Source of the DNA: Ancylonema sp.
Lineage: Eukaryota
Length of the DNA stretch: 55,835 bases
NCBI GenBank assembly: GCA_050230475.1
Contig: JBFLGF010000215.1
Span: forward strand, 1 to 55,835
Direction: 5' to 3'
The notes under the pieces are model-generated. The model was not told the origin of the DNA, made no database searches, and saw nothing but the letters and a program-made list of their open reading frames with translations. Positions 26,562 to 39,569 of the stretch are shown here, piece after piece (position 1 is the first letter of the stretch; the number at the start of each line of letters is the position of its first letter). The translations under genes were made by a program, and so were the position numbers.

Positions 26562-28219
26562 ATGCCCACCACCCTGGATTCTCAAGCACCTGTCAAGATG
26601 GAGGAAGACATTGATACATTAGTTCCAGTCGATGGGGGCCTGGAGGTGCAAGTGGAAGAGCATCCGCCTCCAGTAAATCCGCCGGACTCAAATGGAGATA
26701 GGCAAGAGCTTAGCGACGTTCTCCAGGACTCCTTTGGCCTGGTAGACTCTGGCGAGAAGAAGAGTGGTAAGAAAGGAGCAAGGGATCCTTCTGGTGGGAA
26801 GGTCGCCGAGAAACCTCAGGGACATACGACTCAACGGGTTATGCAACGCGGTCATGGCATCGCTCACCTGGAGAAGATGCGGCTGCTTGACATGAAAAAG
26901 GCGGAGGAAAGTAATATGAGTGAGTCTGCAAGAGAAAGTGATGGAGATGCGGCGTCCGGCGGAACAGGGGGGAGCCCTGGAGTGGAGAACACTGGGAAGC
27001 TAAGCACTCAAAGGCCGGGTCGGCCCTCGGATAGACAGCACAGTGCATCTCCGCCACCTGCAGGCCCTCTCGTCCCACAGGTTACAGCCGCTGCGACCAC
27101 CGCTTTCAATCGGAGCTCGAAAGGAGGAGCGAAGAATGGCGAAGGAGTTCAGGCATCCGTGCCGAAGCACATGCGAGGCGGACATGCAGGTCCGACGGAA
27201 GGTTCGAGAGGGCCTTCGGTACAAATGGAGGCACCTGGACAGGTTGGACAAAAGGTACTTGCGTACTTCCGCCCTCAGGTGCTTTCGTATCGCTGGCGTG
27301 AAGCATTGTGGTTTGCTCATGTTGCTTCCTTTTCTGCTTCTAACTGCTCCGCTGCTTTGCCTGACTGCCCCTCAGGTGGCCATCAGGGTTGGGCAGCCGG
27401 GCGGTACGACTGCTTGTGCTGCGGAGGCGTGGAGGCAAGCGAACCAGTTCCAGCAGCAACAGATGGAGGACGCACAGGTGATGATGCAGCATGCGCAGCA
27501 GATGATGCGCAACGCTCAGCAAGCGCAAATGCAGAACCGGGTGATGAGCCAAGTCGGGTACCTGCAGCAGCAGCAGCAGCAACAGAATCAGAGTGTTAAG
27601 CAAGGCCAGTTTGGATTCGACCAGAACCAGAACCAGAATCTATACCAGTACCAGAACCAACAGAACAACCAGTACCAGAACCAGCACCAGAACCAACACC
27701 AGCACCAGCACCAGCATCCCACGCAGAATCAGGGCCAGATGCAGCTTCAGTATCAGAACCAGACCCAGACCCAGAACCGGGATGGCAGCAGTGCCAGGGG
27801 ACAGTGGTCGCAGGGCCAGCGAGGGGGGATGGTGAGGGTGGGGGGGATGGGATTACCTGAGTGGGGAGGGAGGAGTAACGAAGGGAATGATGGAAGGCAG
27901 AACGCGTCAGAGGGCACTGAGATGGCGAGGGGAGGTCATGAAAAGGAGGCAATGAGACGAGAAGGGCAGGGAGGGGCGGAGGGTGGAGGGAGGGCGGAAG
28001 GGTGGGGGATGCGAGAGAACATGGACGAGTGTTTGGGGGAGGGGGGGCTGAGTCGGCTGCAGGGAGTGATGCGAGATCAAGTGCGTGGGACTGTGTGGGT
28101 TGGAGGTTTGGGATGGGGGTCGGGATTCTGAAGGGGTGCCCCTGGTTGGTGTGTGCAGGAAGCCATGCATGCGTCCCAAGTGAGGGAGTTGCACCATGTG
28201 GTTCAGGTACGGGATGTGA

Positions 28220-28253
<34 letters not shown>

Positions 28254-28774
28254 GTCTTAGAGAGGGGTACGCAGAATGTGATCGCGCTCTCTACTTCTCC
28301 CTTTTGCTGCGCCTAATAGGGCCCTTAGAGGAGCGTGCCATAAGATTGAAATCGGAGTCGAATACACCATTCTAACACCTCCTGCCATCCCTTATGACCC
28401 CAGAGACAAAAAACGGACGAGGCCAACCAGCAGGCAGAGGCAAACGTATCCCCTCAGAACGTGACAGCTGGCAGTGCAGAAGGGATGGGTGGGGGATCCC
28501 AACGGGCTCCTCACAGTGGACACGGCCGAGAAGAGACCACCAACAACCGACAGGTGGCGTTTCTTTCTCCCCAACCGAAGGTTTTGATCTAGTGGGTTGG
28601 CCTCGTTCGGTGTATGGGATGGGGGATGGAGTGGAACCTGGCCGACCCCCGCCGTGCTCCGTGGTTGGTTGTGGGTCCAGCCTCCAACCTTGCAGCCGTT
28701 CCGCAACGCTCAAGAGCTCCGACCTGGAGCGGGGCAATGGCATTCAGGCTCTCGAGGAGAGGTGAGCGACATGG

Positions 28775-28809
<35 letters not shown>

Positions 28810-29195
28810 GTGATGATGATGGTGATGATCGCGATGGCAGTGATGATGAGATCTGGTGGGGGTGAAATGGAAGTGGGTAGGGTGGGGGCAGAAGCTGAGG
28901 TACTTTGTGGTGGGAGGGGGTGGGGTGATGGCTCACTCAGGGTGGGGAAGGGGCTGGGGTGGTTGTGCAGTCTGGGGGTAGGTCGGGTGATCGCAAGTCG
29001 AGCAACGGATCTGAAAGTGGGCGGGCAGGGTGGCCTAGTGGGGGAAACAGCGAAGAGGAGAAGAGAAGAGGGGAGAGTGGGGGGGGGGACGGAGGGCAAT
29101 GCCAGAAACGGAACCACGAAGTCATGGAGGCTGCTTCGGACAGGGAGCAGTCTCCCAAAGCAGAGAGGGAATTCACTTTGTTGTTGAAGCTTTAG
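26562..29195 (+). CDS. SPOROCYTELESS/NOZZLE-like (SPEAR/TIE-type) EAR-motif repressor candidate; internal 3' exon structure unresolved
   Basis: QRGHGIAHLEKMRL at 26844-26885 resembles the SPL motif QRGLGVAQLEKIRL and follows a basic patch. A Gln-rich exon starts ~27376. The final ORF ends EFTLLLKL* (29169-29195), an LxLxL EAR motif directly before the stop. Confidence 0.65.
28219..28252. repeat. (CAT)n microsatellite
   Basis: Directly visible. Confidence 0.95.
28770..28850. repeat. (GAT)n imperfect microsatellite
   Basis: Directly visible. Confidence 0.95.
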
Positions 29196-29229
29196 GGAGG
29201 CAGTTAGATAGAGTACCGTCGTGCCATCT

Positions 29230-30290
29230 AGCATCGTGCCACACTCGCACGTGCCATCCTATTGTTATAACAAACATCATCGTTAACTATACTCCACATG
29301 TGCGAAACGCTACTTAACATCACACATGATCGCACACATGTGATACAAGATTTAGTCGAGATCCGCATTCTCCTTATGCGAGACAACAAATGGCTCGAGT
29401 ACATACTTCACCAATCTATGAAGCACACCAAATACTATTTTTTAGTCTTCCCTACTGGCAAGGCAATGCCGGATCTGCATGTAGAGTGTTCGAAGCTTGG
29501 ATGTATGTGTGTACTGCAAGGAAATGTCGATCGATACCTAATGCACAAATTACTCTCAAATGCATAAAGAATTCACAAAATCAGAATTGCCAACCGAACT
29601 GGCCATCAGATTACACAAAGTTTTCAAGTAATTTTGAGAGCGGTTCCCGAGATGTACACAGATCGAATGAGATCTATGTACAAAGATTACATTTCTGTAT
29701 CATGTTCTTGCTGCCTAGCTTACGACCGTTTTGCGGCGCCACATATCCGGCCTGCAATTCCTAACCAAGTATTCAATTAACTACGTCACCTAAATCGCAA
29801 AGATGCAATGCATGGCTGACATAAAGCGTTCATTGCCGTCTTAAGCTTTCTATGGCGTAGTATACATTTAATCCACAATGCAGCGCCCTGAGCCTTGTCA
29901 TGACTTCAGAAAAATACTGTCGACTTATTTTGACAACCACAGTGCTGCTATCGTGGAGTTGTTGCACTAAATTAATCGTATCAGAGACATATGTGGACCT
30001 ACAGCTGACTGTCAACATGCTATTGGAAGTGTTTCCTAGGAATATTGCCGCAAGTGGCGAAGCAATCATGGTGTTCTTCGGTGACGAAGGCCTTTTATTG
30101 CGAAGCGAAACATGCTTGATAAATATGTCCCCGCACACGTGCCAAATGATAATAGCACCGCAAATACCCACGCATGTGCCATATCATCGTATAGACGCAA
30201 ATACCCGCACCCGCACTATATAAGCACATTCACCTGTATCATCAACAAATCACCATATAGACACACGATCGTATATTGTCCGACAGTACG
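29230..30290. repeat. Dispersed repeat, diverged homolog of ~42640-43780
   Basis: Colinear anchors: TGGCAAG..ATGCCGG (29456/42879), GCGGTTCCCGAG (29640/43040), ATTCCTA.CCAAGTATT (29757/43193), ATAG.C.CACGATCG (30257/43750). Confidence 0.7.
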
Positions 30291-31796
30291 GAATAGTATG
30301 CGATGCTGCACGAGTGGCAAATGTGGCGTTGGATTCAGCATTGCTTTAGTCTAGAGTCTAGAGATGGGATCTAGTGTGCAATAACATGAAGTGGAGCATA
30401 GTGACGGTACAAAAGTGTTTGTGTTCGACTTGAAACGGATGCTTGGTATGTCTAGTCGAGCGGTGCGGGTGTATGCGTAATGCCTTAGTGTTGCTTTGAT
30501 TGTCAACTATTGGAAGGTTGTGATTGATTCACATTCTCCCTTTTTTTTGGTCATAAGAAGGGTCATATAGGAGCAAGCATGATAAAGCAAAGATTGCTTT
30601 TTCAATTCTTGGAATGGCTTATGGAAGTTACGCTATTCTTGGTTTGATTTTTTCACCATTGCTGTGTGGTAATTGGTAGCTAGTCGTAATTAGTTGGTAG
30701 CCTTGGGAGGTTAAAATATCATTTCAAAACCCTTACACTTGTAGCGTCACAAGTCTATGAATCGAGGATGCGAATCGAAACACGCGATCCTATTTGCCTA
30801 TCATAGAAGACAATTATATATATCCTCTATGTTGGAAGGCATTTTTTATTATCTCTACAACAACTTCCTCTCCCCACTCGTTTCTTATTTCTATAGCTCC
30901 TTCCTCAAATTTTCCTTCTAATTTTTTGCAGACATTTGAATGAGAAAAATCATGGGATAATCCCCCACAAATTTGACATCCACTCTATTCAACCCCCCAT
31001 ATTGGAGTTCGTTTCTGTGGTGTCTGGATTTCTCACTCCAGGCCCTTCGGATTTTTGGAGGGGGGTGCATTTTCATTTCATACTCCGGATGCATCTCATT
31101 TGTGCCATGGCCTCCTCTCGAGGATGTGATGTTGGAGAGGGCATGTCAAGACTTGAAAGCGAGCGAAGACTGTTAATGGGAGAGTGTGGTTCTCTGGATC
31201 TTCTCATTCGGATTTCTGAAGAAAACAGACCGGCTAACTTCCTGGTTCGGCGATGCTCTTGTGCTCACCTCGCTGTCTGGGAAGTGTAGCGGTCAGAATA
31301 TATGTTCAGACACTCGATTTGTTTGGTACCATGAGTCTGTTTGGGCGGAAGCAAAGTAGCGGGCGCCACTCTTCTTTAAAATCCCACTACTCAAGTTCTG
31401 GCCCCTTCCAAATTCTCATCTCGAATGGTGGCTCATAACTGGCCCACTCTTACATCCCATCCATTCGATGAACGTAGGATGAGGGGGAACTCAAACGCAA
31501 ACCATGCAGTCACAAAACATTCACGTGTTTTGCTTTGCTGTGTGTGCATGCTAGACATGAATGACTGAATACATGTCTCTCTGTCAAATACGCGTATCTA
31601 CTGTTCTGACTCATCACTCATCAGGACCTGATGCTGGCCCCCCTCACTACCTCTGGAAGCCTCTGACTACACACAGTTTCCCGAATCTAGAATGTACTAG
31701 AGACACATCCAGGAACTCTACCCATTGACTCCCAAATACTTATTCACTTTCGGCCTTTCATCGGAATTCTCCTCCGGCGCCATTACGCTGTTGTGC

Positions 31797-34690
31797 CTAT
31801 AGAATTCCTTTGAACACGGGATTGGTTCTGCATATTCCGGGGCCGTATTCCCAGTACTCCGCTTTCGAGTGGGATGCCTGCAAACAGAAAGGCGTTTTTT
31901 TGTTTTTTTGTTTTTTTGTTTTTGTTTTTTGTTTTTTGTTTCATTTCCTCCTCCCCCACCCCTCCCCCCTATTCTGCGCTTTTGGGTTCCAACCCAAGGC
32001 GGACACGACTCTCACCGTATAGAAGTCGGGGGTCGATGCCAGCACAGACCCTCCAAACCAAACTCCAAATCTTTGCATCGGGTGAGTCACCACCGCTACA
32101 TCCACCGCATTATGCTGCAGACGACAGGTGGCAAACACTCAAAAACCACACCTATGGTTCGCTTCTTATAGCGGAACTTATAAATAGCCCCGTCATAAAC
32201 TATTTATGAAACAAAAGTTTTCTGATGGCTGTCACATCATTCCGCACCACCTGCGCACCGTTTCAGGTGTTTGGCATCAATGTGTACATGCCAAGGAGGT
32301 GTGCTTCGCTAGACAGCGAATCGGATTCGGATACATTGCATCCTCTCCCACAGTCTGTGCGCAGGCAGGAGGTGCAAGAAGCAGGTCGGGTGAGGTGAGT
32401 GACCTCACCTTGGTCCCTGCTTCTGGTGAGGTGGCGGAGGCACCCCCCACTCGGACGTCAACCAGCTTCTTGATGTCGCGTTGCAGACGTCGCCCAAAGT
32501 CTTTGAACAAAGTGGACCCGCCAGAGAGGACAATGTTCTGCGTCCACATGTGTCCGTGCCACGCCACCATTGCTGTTGTCAGGAGAAGAAGAAGAAGAAG
32601 AAAGAAAAAAAAAAAGAAAAAAAAAGAGGTGTGCGCTGGGCTATCCACACAGTGCACAGATCGTTAGGGTCAAAATAATCAAAAAAAAGGAGGTCAGTGC
32701 GCCCAGGAGCTGACTTTGTAAAGAGCTCTTCGAGTGTCGATAGGAGCGCTGTGCACGCAGTCGTGGATGACTTGAGGCAGGGGAGTTGTGAAGTCGCTGC
32801 TGTAGATCTCGGGGTTGAAAAATATCTGACACCACACGAACAAACAAACAGAGGGGAGGTTGCAGGAGACGACAACGAATGAGGGATGACGGTAAGGATA
32901 GTGATAGAAATGAGGAAAACAATGATAATCACGATCACACCATCATGACGACCGTGATGATTAGTAATCATGATCGTCATAACGACCACAATGAGGATCA
33001 TGATCCTCGTAATCCCAATCATTGCTAGAGATGATGTGTGGTACCAAGTATTGATTTGCATGCATGATGTATGCGAGCGAAATTGGTAGACTTTCGAGGT
33101 TCTCACCACCCCTGTTGGGTCAGTAGAGCTGTATTTCCTCCACACACAACGTCCCAGCAGCACAGTAGCGATCCACCTGTCATCTCTCCAAACTCATAAT
33201 CCTGAACCCTAAAATCCTCCACCTATGGCTTCGAGGTGACACCAACTCCACCCCACATGCCACCCTCTGCCGCCACTGTGCAGTGTTGCCATAAACCCTA
33301 GAAACAAAACAAGGTTCATACCCTCAACACCCTGCTCCCCCCTGATTGGAGCCCACCTCTGGGGCTAGGAAGCGTTCGTAGCCCACATCACACGTGTACG
33401 TGGCCCCCGTTTTGGCATGCCTCCCTGTCCACACCTTGCGGTACTTGGCGGGCTCGCGGTCATGCTTTGCATACTCCTACACGAATAGGAATGGAGGTGT
33501 GAAGGAGAACCGTCTCCTAGCTTCTTGATTTGAGGGGTTTGATGGAGCATGGTGTCAATACACAAAAAGAAGTTGCTCTGTTCATTATTATCAATGTATC
33601 CCTTACGTCATTGTATTATTCTGTTTATTGGACTCATTCGACTTCAATGATCATGACAAGTAGAGTCAATCCAGACCTCACCTCTGCGCATTATCTCTCC
33701 GCACTGCTTGCTACCCAGACATCGACCTCTTCTCCCTACACTCATCAACCAGAACTGCGTGAGGTGTGTTCGCAAAGACTTGTGTTTCAGTTTCCAGTCC
33801 GTGTGTGCCAAGGGATTGGTTGGAGGCGGAGGTGGGCTACCTTCACAATGTCTGAGCAAGTGTATGCGTGCGTCTCCTTCACGCCTCGAGCCACATCCAT
33901 GGCGTACTCGGGCGGCACTGTTTCACCTCGTTCCTGTACCATATATGCTTTATGAATGAGGAGTCGGGTAGAGTGGATTGCTCTTGGTGGGACCTCCTCT
34001 ACCTCCCCACCTCTGATCTCCAATCAGTCGGAAAGCAATAGCTAGCTGTGTGGAGTGCCACGCAGGCAAATGAATGTATCAGTCAACAGTTGTGAGGGTG
34101 TAGAAGGTCAGTTTCGATGTATGGAGTAGACCAGGGTGGGTCCTTCTGGGGACCCACGCACCCTCATGAGCTGTTGGACAAAGGAGGTGATGTCGCGACC
34201 CGCGATGGGGATGCTCTTCATGGAGCTGCCGATCACGTACCCGTCGGCTACGGGGACGACATGTGTCACACCCTCGCCAGCATCGACCACCACTCCTGTC
34301 AGAGGGGCCTGCAGCCCACAGGGGAGACAGTGGGTGGGCCACTGCTGCTGGCAACGGAACCGTGACGGACAGCATACCCACCTTGTCTGCAGTGCATCCT
34401 GCTGCGAGTGCGAGCACGGCTTGCACGGCTATGTAGAGACCCTCCACATTGAACCTGCACACGCAACAGCCCAACTACACCTTCACTCCTTTCTAATGTG
34501 CCTCACTCATCATGTATCATATATACATATAAACACATATGTAGATATGTAGATATGTATACATATATAGATAGATATAGATATATATGTAGATAGATAT
34601 AAATATATATATATATATACATATACATACATTTTTATATATATATATATATACATATACATACATTTATATATATATGTATATTTGTAG

Positions 34691-34738
<48 letters not shown>

Positions 34739-34778
34739 ATGTATATATATTTATATTTATATATATGTATATTTGTAG

Positions 34779-34834
<56 letters not shown>

Positions 34835-34836
34835 GT

Positions 34837-34879
<43 letters not shown>

Positions 34880-34972
34880 TATAAATATCTAGATATTGTT
34901 TAGATACATATATATATATATATATATATATAAATATAGATATATGTAGATACATATATATATATAGATACA

Positions 34973-35004
<32 letters not shown>

Positions 35005-36213
35005 CATGTATGTAGAGACATATATATATACATATATATGTATATACATATATATATATATATACATATATATATACACATCTAAAAATATGTACGTGTG
35101 TAGATGTGTATATATGTATATATACATATCTAAAAATGTGCATGTGTGTAGATGTGAAAGGACAAAAGTTTCCACACTGGTTCATTGCTGTTGTGCATGA
35201 AGGTAGGATTGCGGGGCCCACGTCTCAAACATGACCTCTGCCGTGTACTCCCGGTTCTCGGGATTGGTGAGAGGGCTCTCTGTGAGCAGAAAGTAATGGT
35301 CCTCCGGGTCACATCGCAGGTAATTGAAGATACATTGCTGCCAGAACTTCTCCATGGAATCCCAGTTGTCAACCTGCAGGAAAAGAATGCTCCCTGCATT
35401 GGCTCAATTTGCCGTACAAGAAGATCTGTTGACCAATTGTTAAACAAGCCAAATTGGTACAATGAAGCTAGATAACTAACCAGCCGACTGATTAAGCAGT
35501 CAATGATATCACATTTTGAAAAGTGAATATCAAACATCCATGTGTAATTGGGAATGCAGGTTCACACTCCATGTGTTATACTCAACCCCTTGCCTAACCT
35601 GCTGTGTGGGGCGGGTAACCTAGTTGGCAACGTACGCAGGGGGAAGTACCTGTCCATGCTTGATGGGGCTATTTAGAACATAGGAGCCTCGTCGCGCAGC
35701 AGCCAGAGCTTCTTCCCCGATGAAAAAGTCAAGATCTGCCATCACTCCTGCACTGTGAAGGGCTGCAGCAGTCGCACTGGATCTTCCTCCTTGGCCAGAA
35801 CTTATGGAGCTGAAATTTTCATTCAGCGCAACCACTGTTGGTACGATGAAGCTAGGTTCCACATTCCCAGCGTACCCCATCTTTGTGTACCTGCGCGAAA
35901 TGCGTGGATCATGCGCTCAGCAGCTGATGCAACAATCAACTTAGAAATGCAGCCGTTGAGATGATTTCAGGGGATGATGTCATTTGAGGCCTTCATCTGC
36001 TTGTGATACTGAGTTTCCTTACATTTTAAATCCGTCATTCAATGTCTGCAACTCATGCCTTAGTGCTTTCTAAAATGACTGCAATGAAGAAAAAGCGTCC
36101 TAACGAGAAGCTTCTAGATTGCAACTGATAGGTGGCAGCAGGAATTGTGTTCACTCACCCGGTCCCATTGTCAATGACCACAGCTGGACGGCTCCTGTAT
36201 TAATCTCATCCAT
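31797..36213 (-). CDS. ARP3: Actin-related protein 3 (Arp2/3 complex), 11 or more exons; start codon ambiguous
   Basis: Exons join in frame through GT-AG introns: [113 protein letters not shown]. Confidence 0.95.
34511..35160. repeat. Long degenerate (TA)n tract in an ARP3 intron
   Basis: Directly visible. Confidence 0.95.
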
Positions 36214-36902
36214 CTCGCGAGATGTTGATTAAGTATGGCTCTCTGGTGATGACATGATGCGCAGACCAGGCCCAGCCTTGGAAGACATCACAAGCAGCCC
36301 ATCTGCCAATTTCGATTCAACTTCTGTCTACTAGATCCTCTACCAGCGTCGGAAACACCGACGTCGGCTCAGAAACTGCTCTGACTAGCTAAACTTGGGC
36401 CCAATCCTGTAGCGGGAGCTTCTGCACCTACAGGTAAAGCTATTTGCAAGTAGACCTGCCCGGAAACCAGGTATCGTGCTCGCTCGAAAGGGAGTCTGCC
36501 CTTGTTGCTGGTAAGGAGCCAGCCACAATTCTGATGACTGCTACATTTGCCACACATCTATTATAGTCGCCGTCATATTGTTTGGGAAATTATCGGGTCT
36601 GAATTTTTGCGACTGCACAGCGGGCCAAGCGAGGTAAGTGACTTACGATGCGCTGCACAATCTTTTCAGCGGGTATAGCACCAATTGCCTAAAATTCGCA
36701 TCTCTTCAGTTAATCATGGCTTATCCCTTTCCCAGATACTACTGACAGACAGCAACATGGAGGCTGGATCGACTGACAGGCTTGTCAGCTGGGCCTGAGT
36801 TGCGCCGGACATTCCCAGCAGCAATGCAACGCAACCGGACGGGGCGGGAGGCTGTGACTTTAAAAAAGCTATGCAGACTGCCTGCGTGCTACTGGGTGCG
36901 AC

Positions 36903-36961
36903 TGTCAATGATGTCAATGATGTCAATGATGAAAACTTGCTCAATGATGTCAATGATGTCA
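36903..36961. repeat. 9-bp tandem repeats (TGTCAATGA)n in two blocks
   Basis: Directly visible. Confidence 0.85.
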
Positions 36962-37029
36962 CGACTTCGAAAGAACTCCCAACAGTGCCGGTTGACGGTT
37001 TTTTTCCCGATTCGCTACATCACTGTAGC

Positions 37030-37240
37030 AAAATCACGTCGTCACGTGAAAATGAAGATAATTGACGTCCCGTCTTCATACGTGACTACTATATCCGATT
37101 ATGAGACTACCCGATATACCGACGCAAGTCCCCAAGTTTGTTCGTGGTCAGACTGTAGCCCACGTGGACCTATGTTAGCAAGAGATATGGCACGGTGGAA
37201 TTTCAGAATGGATTTGGCGCGCGGAGACGATAAGGAGATC
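37030..37240 (+). promoter_or_regulatory. Putative light-responsive psaH promoter elements (G-boxes, I-box)
   Basis: CACGTG at 37043 and 37161, further ACGT cores, and GATAAG at 37229, all 180-370 bp upstream of the psaH ATG. Confidence 0.45.
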
Positions 37241-37413
37241 AACGGTCCTCAACGGCAGCCCTATCCAGCCTGGAACCCAGCTCGAAAAGCTCTGTTAGTT
37301 TCCATCTGCGTTCTGTACCTGATAGTGTACCACAGCTGCAACCGCTGATCTCACTTCTTGTCTCGCCGCCTTCACATATATATTCTCAACACACTGAGAG
37401 ACGGAGCTTAACG

Positions 37414-38303
37414 ATGGCTTCCCTTGCTCTTGCTTCCTCCACCATTGCTGCTAGCAGTTTTTGCGGACAGAAGGTAGACGTGAAGACTACCCTCCCCACA
37501 TCCAAGCGGTCAACACTGCGACTGGCAGCTCCCCGCGCCAAGTACGGAGATGAAAGCGTCTACTTTGACCTGAAGGATGTGAAGAACACCACTGGTGCTT
37601 GGGACCTGTATGGTCAGGACGGACCCGCACCTTACAATGGCCTTCAGGTATAAACTGGTCGAGGGAGAGGACACCATAGGACGGGAGGATTTGGTGCTCT
37701 TATCATAAAAAGAAGTACTAGGGTCTCCCTCCATGCATTGCCCACAACATCAGTCATATTGCCCACTGCCCATTGGGTTTCCTTCATATGAAGTGAGCCG
37801 TTCTCGACTTAAAAACTTCACTGAAAGGCTGTTTCAAGACGTACGACATATGAAAACCGCCAGATTGTAAACAGCCTGGTTCGCGGGACTGCAAGAGCGT
37901 CACTAGATGATACCCAAACGAGTACGCTGTACTGGCTTTACTCCTCTTGCATCACTATGATGCTGTTGGATATCAATTTCAGAAATTTGACGGTCGCAGA
38001 AAGCAAAATGAGCAATTGTTCGAAAGGGAATAAGAACATTGAATTTATGCTTGATAGTAACATAATGTTTATTTAACGAGAAAAGGAAACGTGCTCACAG
38101 ATGACTCCCTTCTGTGTGCGCAGTCCAAGTTCTTTGAGACAGTCGCTGGGGCTTTCACGAAAAGAGGCATCCTCCTCAAGTTTTTGGTTCTCGGTGGAGC
38201 TGGTACCCTTGGTTACTTTGGTGCCACCACCGGGCAAGACTTGCTCCCCATCAAGAAGGGTCCTCAAGGCGCTCCCACCCCTGGGCCAAATGGCAAGTCC
38301 TAA
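37414..38303 (+). CDS. psaH: Photosystem I subunit VI (PsaH) precursor with transit peptide, 2 exons
   Basis: Exons 37414-37647 and 38124-38303: [65 protein letters not shown]. Confidence 0.97.
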
Positions 38304-39034
38304 ATGGTAGCATATGTTCATTTTAGCTTTCAAGGTGTAGATTGTGTATAAGATAGCTCACACACCAACTGTTCTCGTCATGAGCCGATAGATCCCTGCA
38401 TTCTGGAACTCACGTCCTCTAAGATACAATTTTGTGCTTCAGTAAAACCCCTTTTATAGAATGTCATTGGGACCAGGTCAAAGTATTCGAGGTTTGAGAT
38501 TCTCCCAGGATACGAATATCAATGATGGAGAGATATGGGCACAGACTTTGAATTTTGGAAGAGTTTCATCCATTCCAATTGTAATATACTGTCTCAGCAG
38601 AAATCGCCATATGTTGCAGATGCGTGTGCTGTCGCCAATTAGTGTATAACTCATAAACTCATAAATTGCATTTAGTTGAGCGTACTAATAATAATCATCA
38701 TCAATAATAATATTTCTTATTTTTATCATTGGCATATGTTTTATCATTTTAATCACTGTTAATACTTTTTATATGACATTAAAAGGTCAGACCTGGGCTA
38801 CATGAAGAATATTTGCGATTTATAGTAGTGCATAAATCATTTTTTTAGTGTTAGAATGCATGATTTGCTCTATTGTGATAGATGAAGACTACGTGGCCCG
38901 AATGTATTCCGAACAGCCGTGGCAACAATTGCAGTGCAATTCTATCCCAAAGCATCAGCTTGTGTAAGCAGCAATGACTGGTTGCACAAGTGCAGCCCCC
39001 TAAAAAGTTGTTGTATTTGCATGCATTGTTAATT

Positions 39035-39262
39035 ATATTAAACTCGAGGTTGCTTTGACCAGAATATTCCCCTTCATCAGTAATTTCTTTTACATTATCG
39101 CCACCTCTTGTTTCTGTGAAAATGAAGTTTTTAATCAGCTCACACAGTTGTACTTCCGACTTCATACACCTAAATGCTCGATGAATATATGTTGGGCTCA
39201 CGCGAATTCGCCTTCATAACTGTCTTCAAAATCACGAATCCGATCGGACGATATTTATCAAT
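39035..39262. repeat. About 228-bp segment duplicated at 50873-51100
   Basis: Apparently identical sequence from ATATTAAACTCGAGG to GATATTTATCAAT at both sites. Confidence 0.92.
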
Positions 39263-39569
39263 GATATTTGAAAGTGGGTCCTCGTTGGGCATGCTGATAA
39301 TCGTAGTAAAAATAATGATAACAATTATATTTTGAAGCTTGGGGGATGTGAGAGATTCATTGGTGGTATTACAATAGAAATTAACTTCACAATTGAGCAA
39401 AATCGCTTGTGCAAAATATTGTGTACTATCTATCACTTGTGCATTGAGTTCCCCCAGTACATTTCATTTTAAGTGCGCCAAGAAGTTTGACTATTCCTCG
39501 TCCTCGCTTGACAAAAAGGTCCACGCATACATATCATACCAAAAACAAACAAAAACAAAAAAACGTATT

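Noticed and set aside
36634..36646. Palindromic GTAAGT-G-ACTTAC giving donor sites on both strands
   Set aside because: Too short to distinguish from chance, and no supported plus-strand exon.
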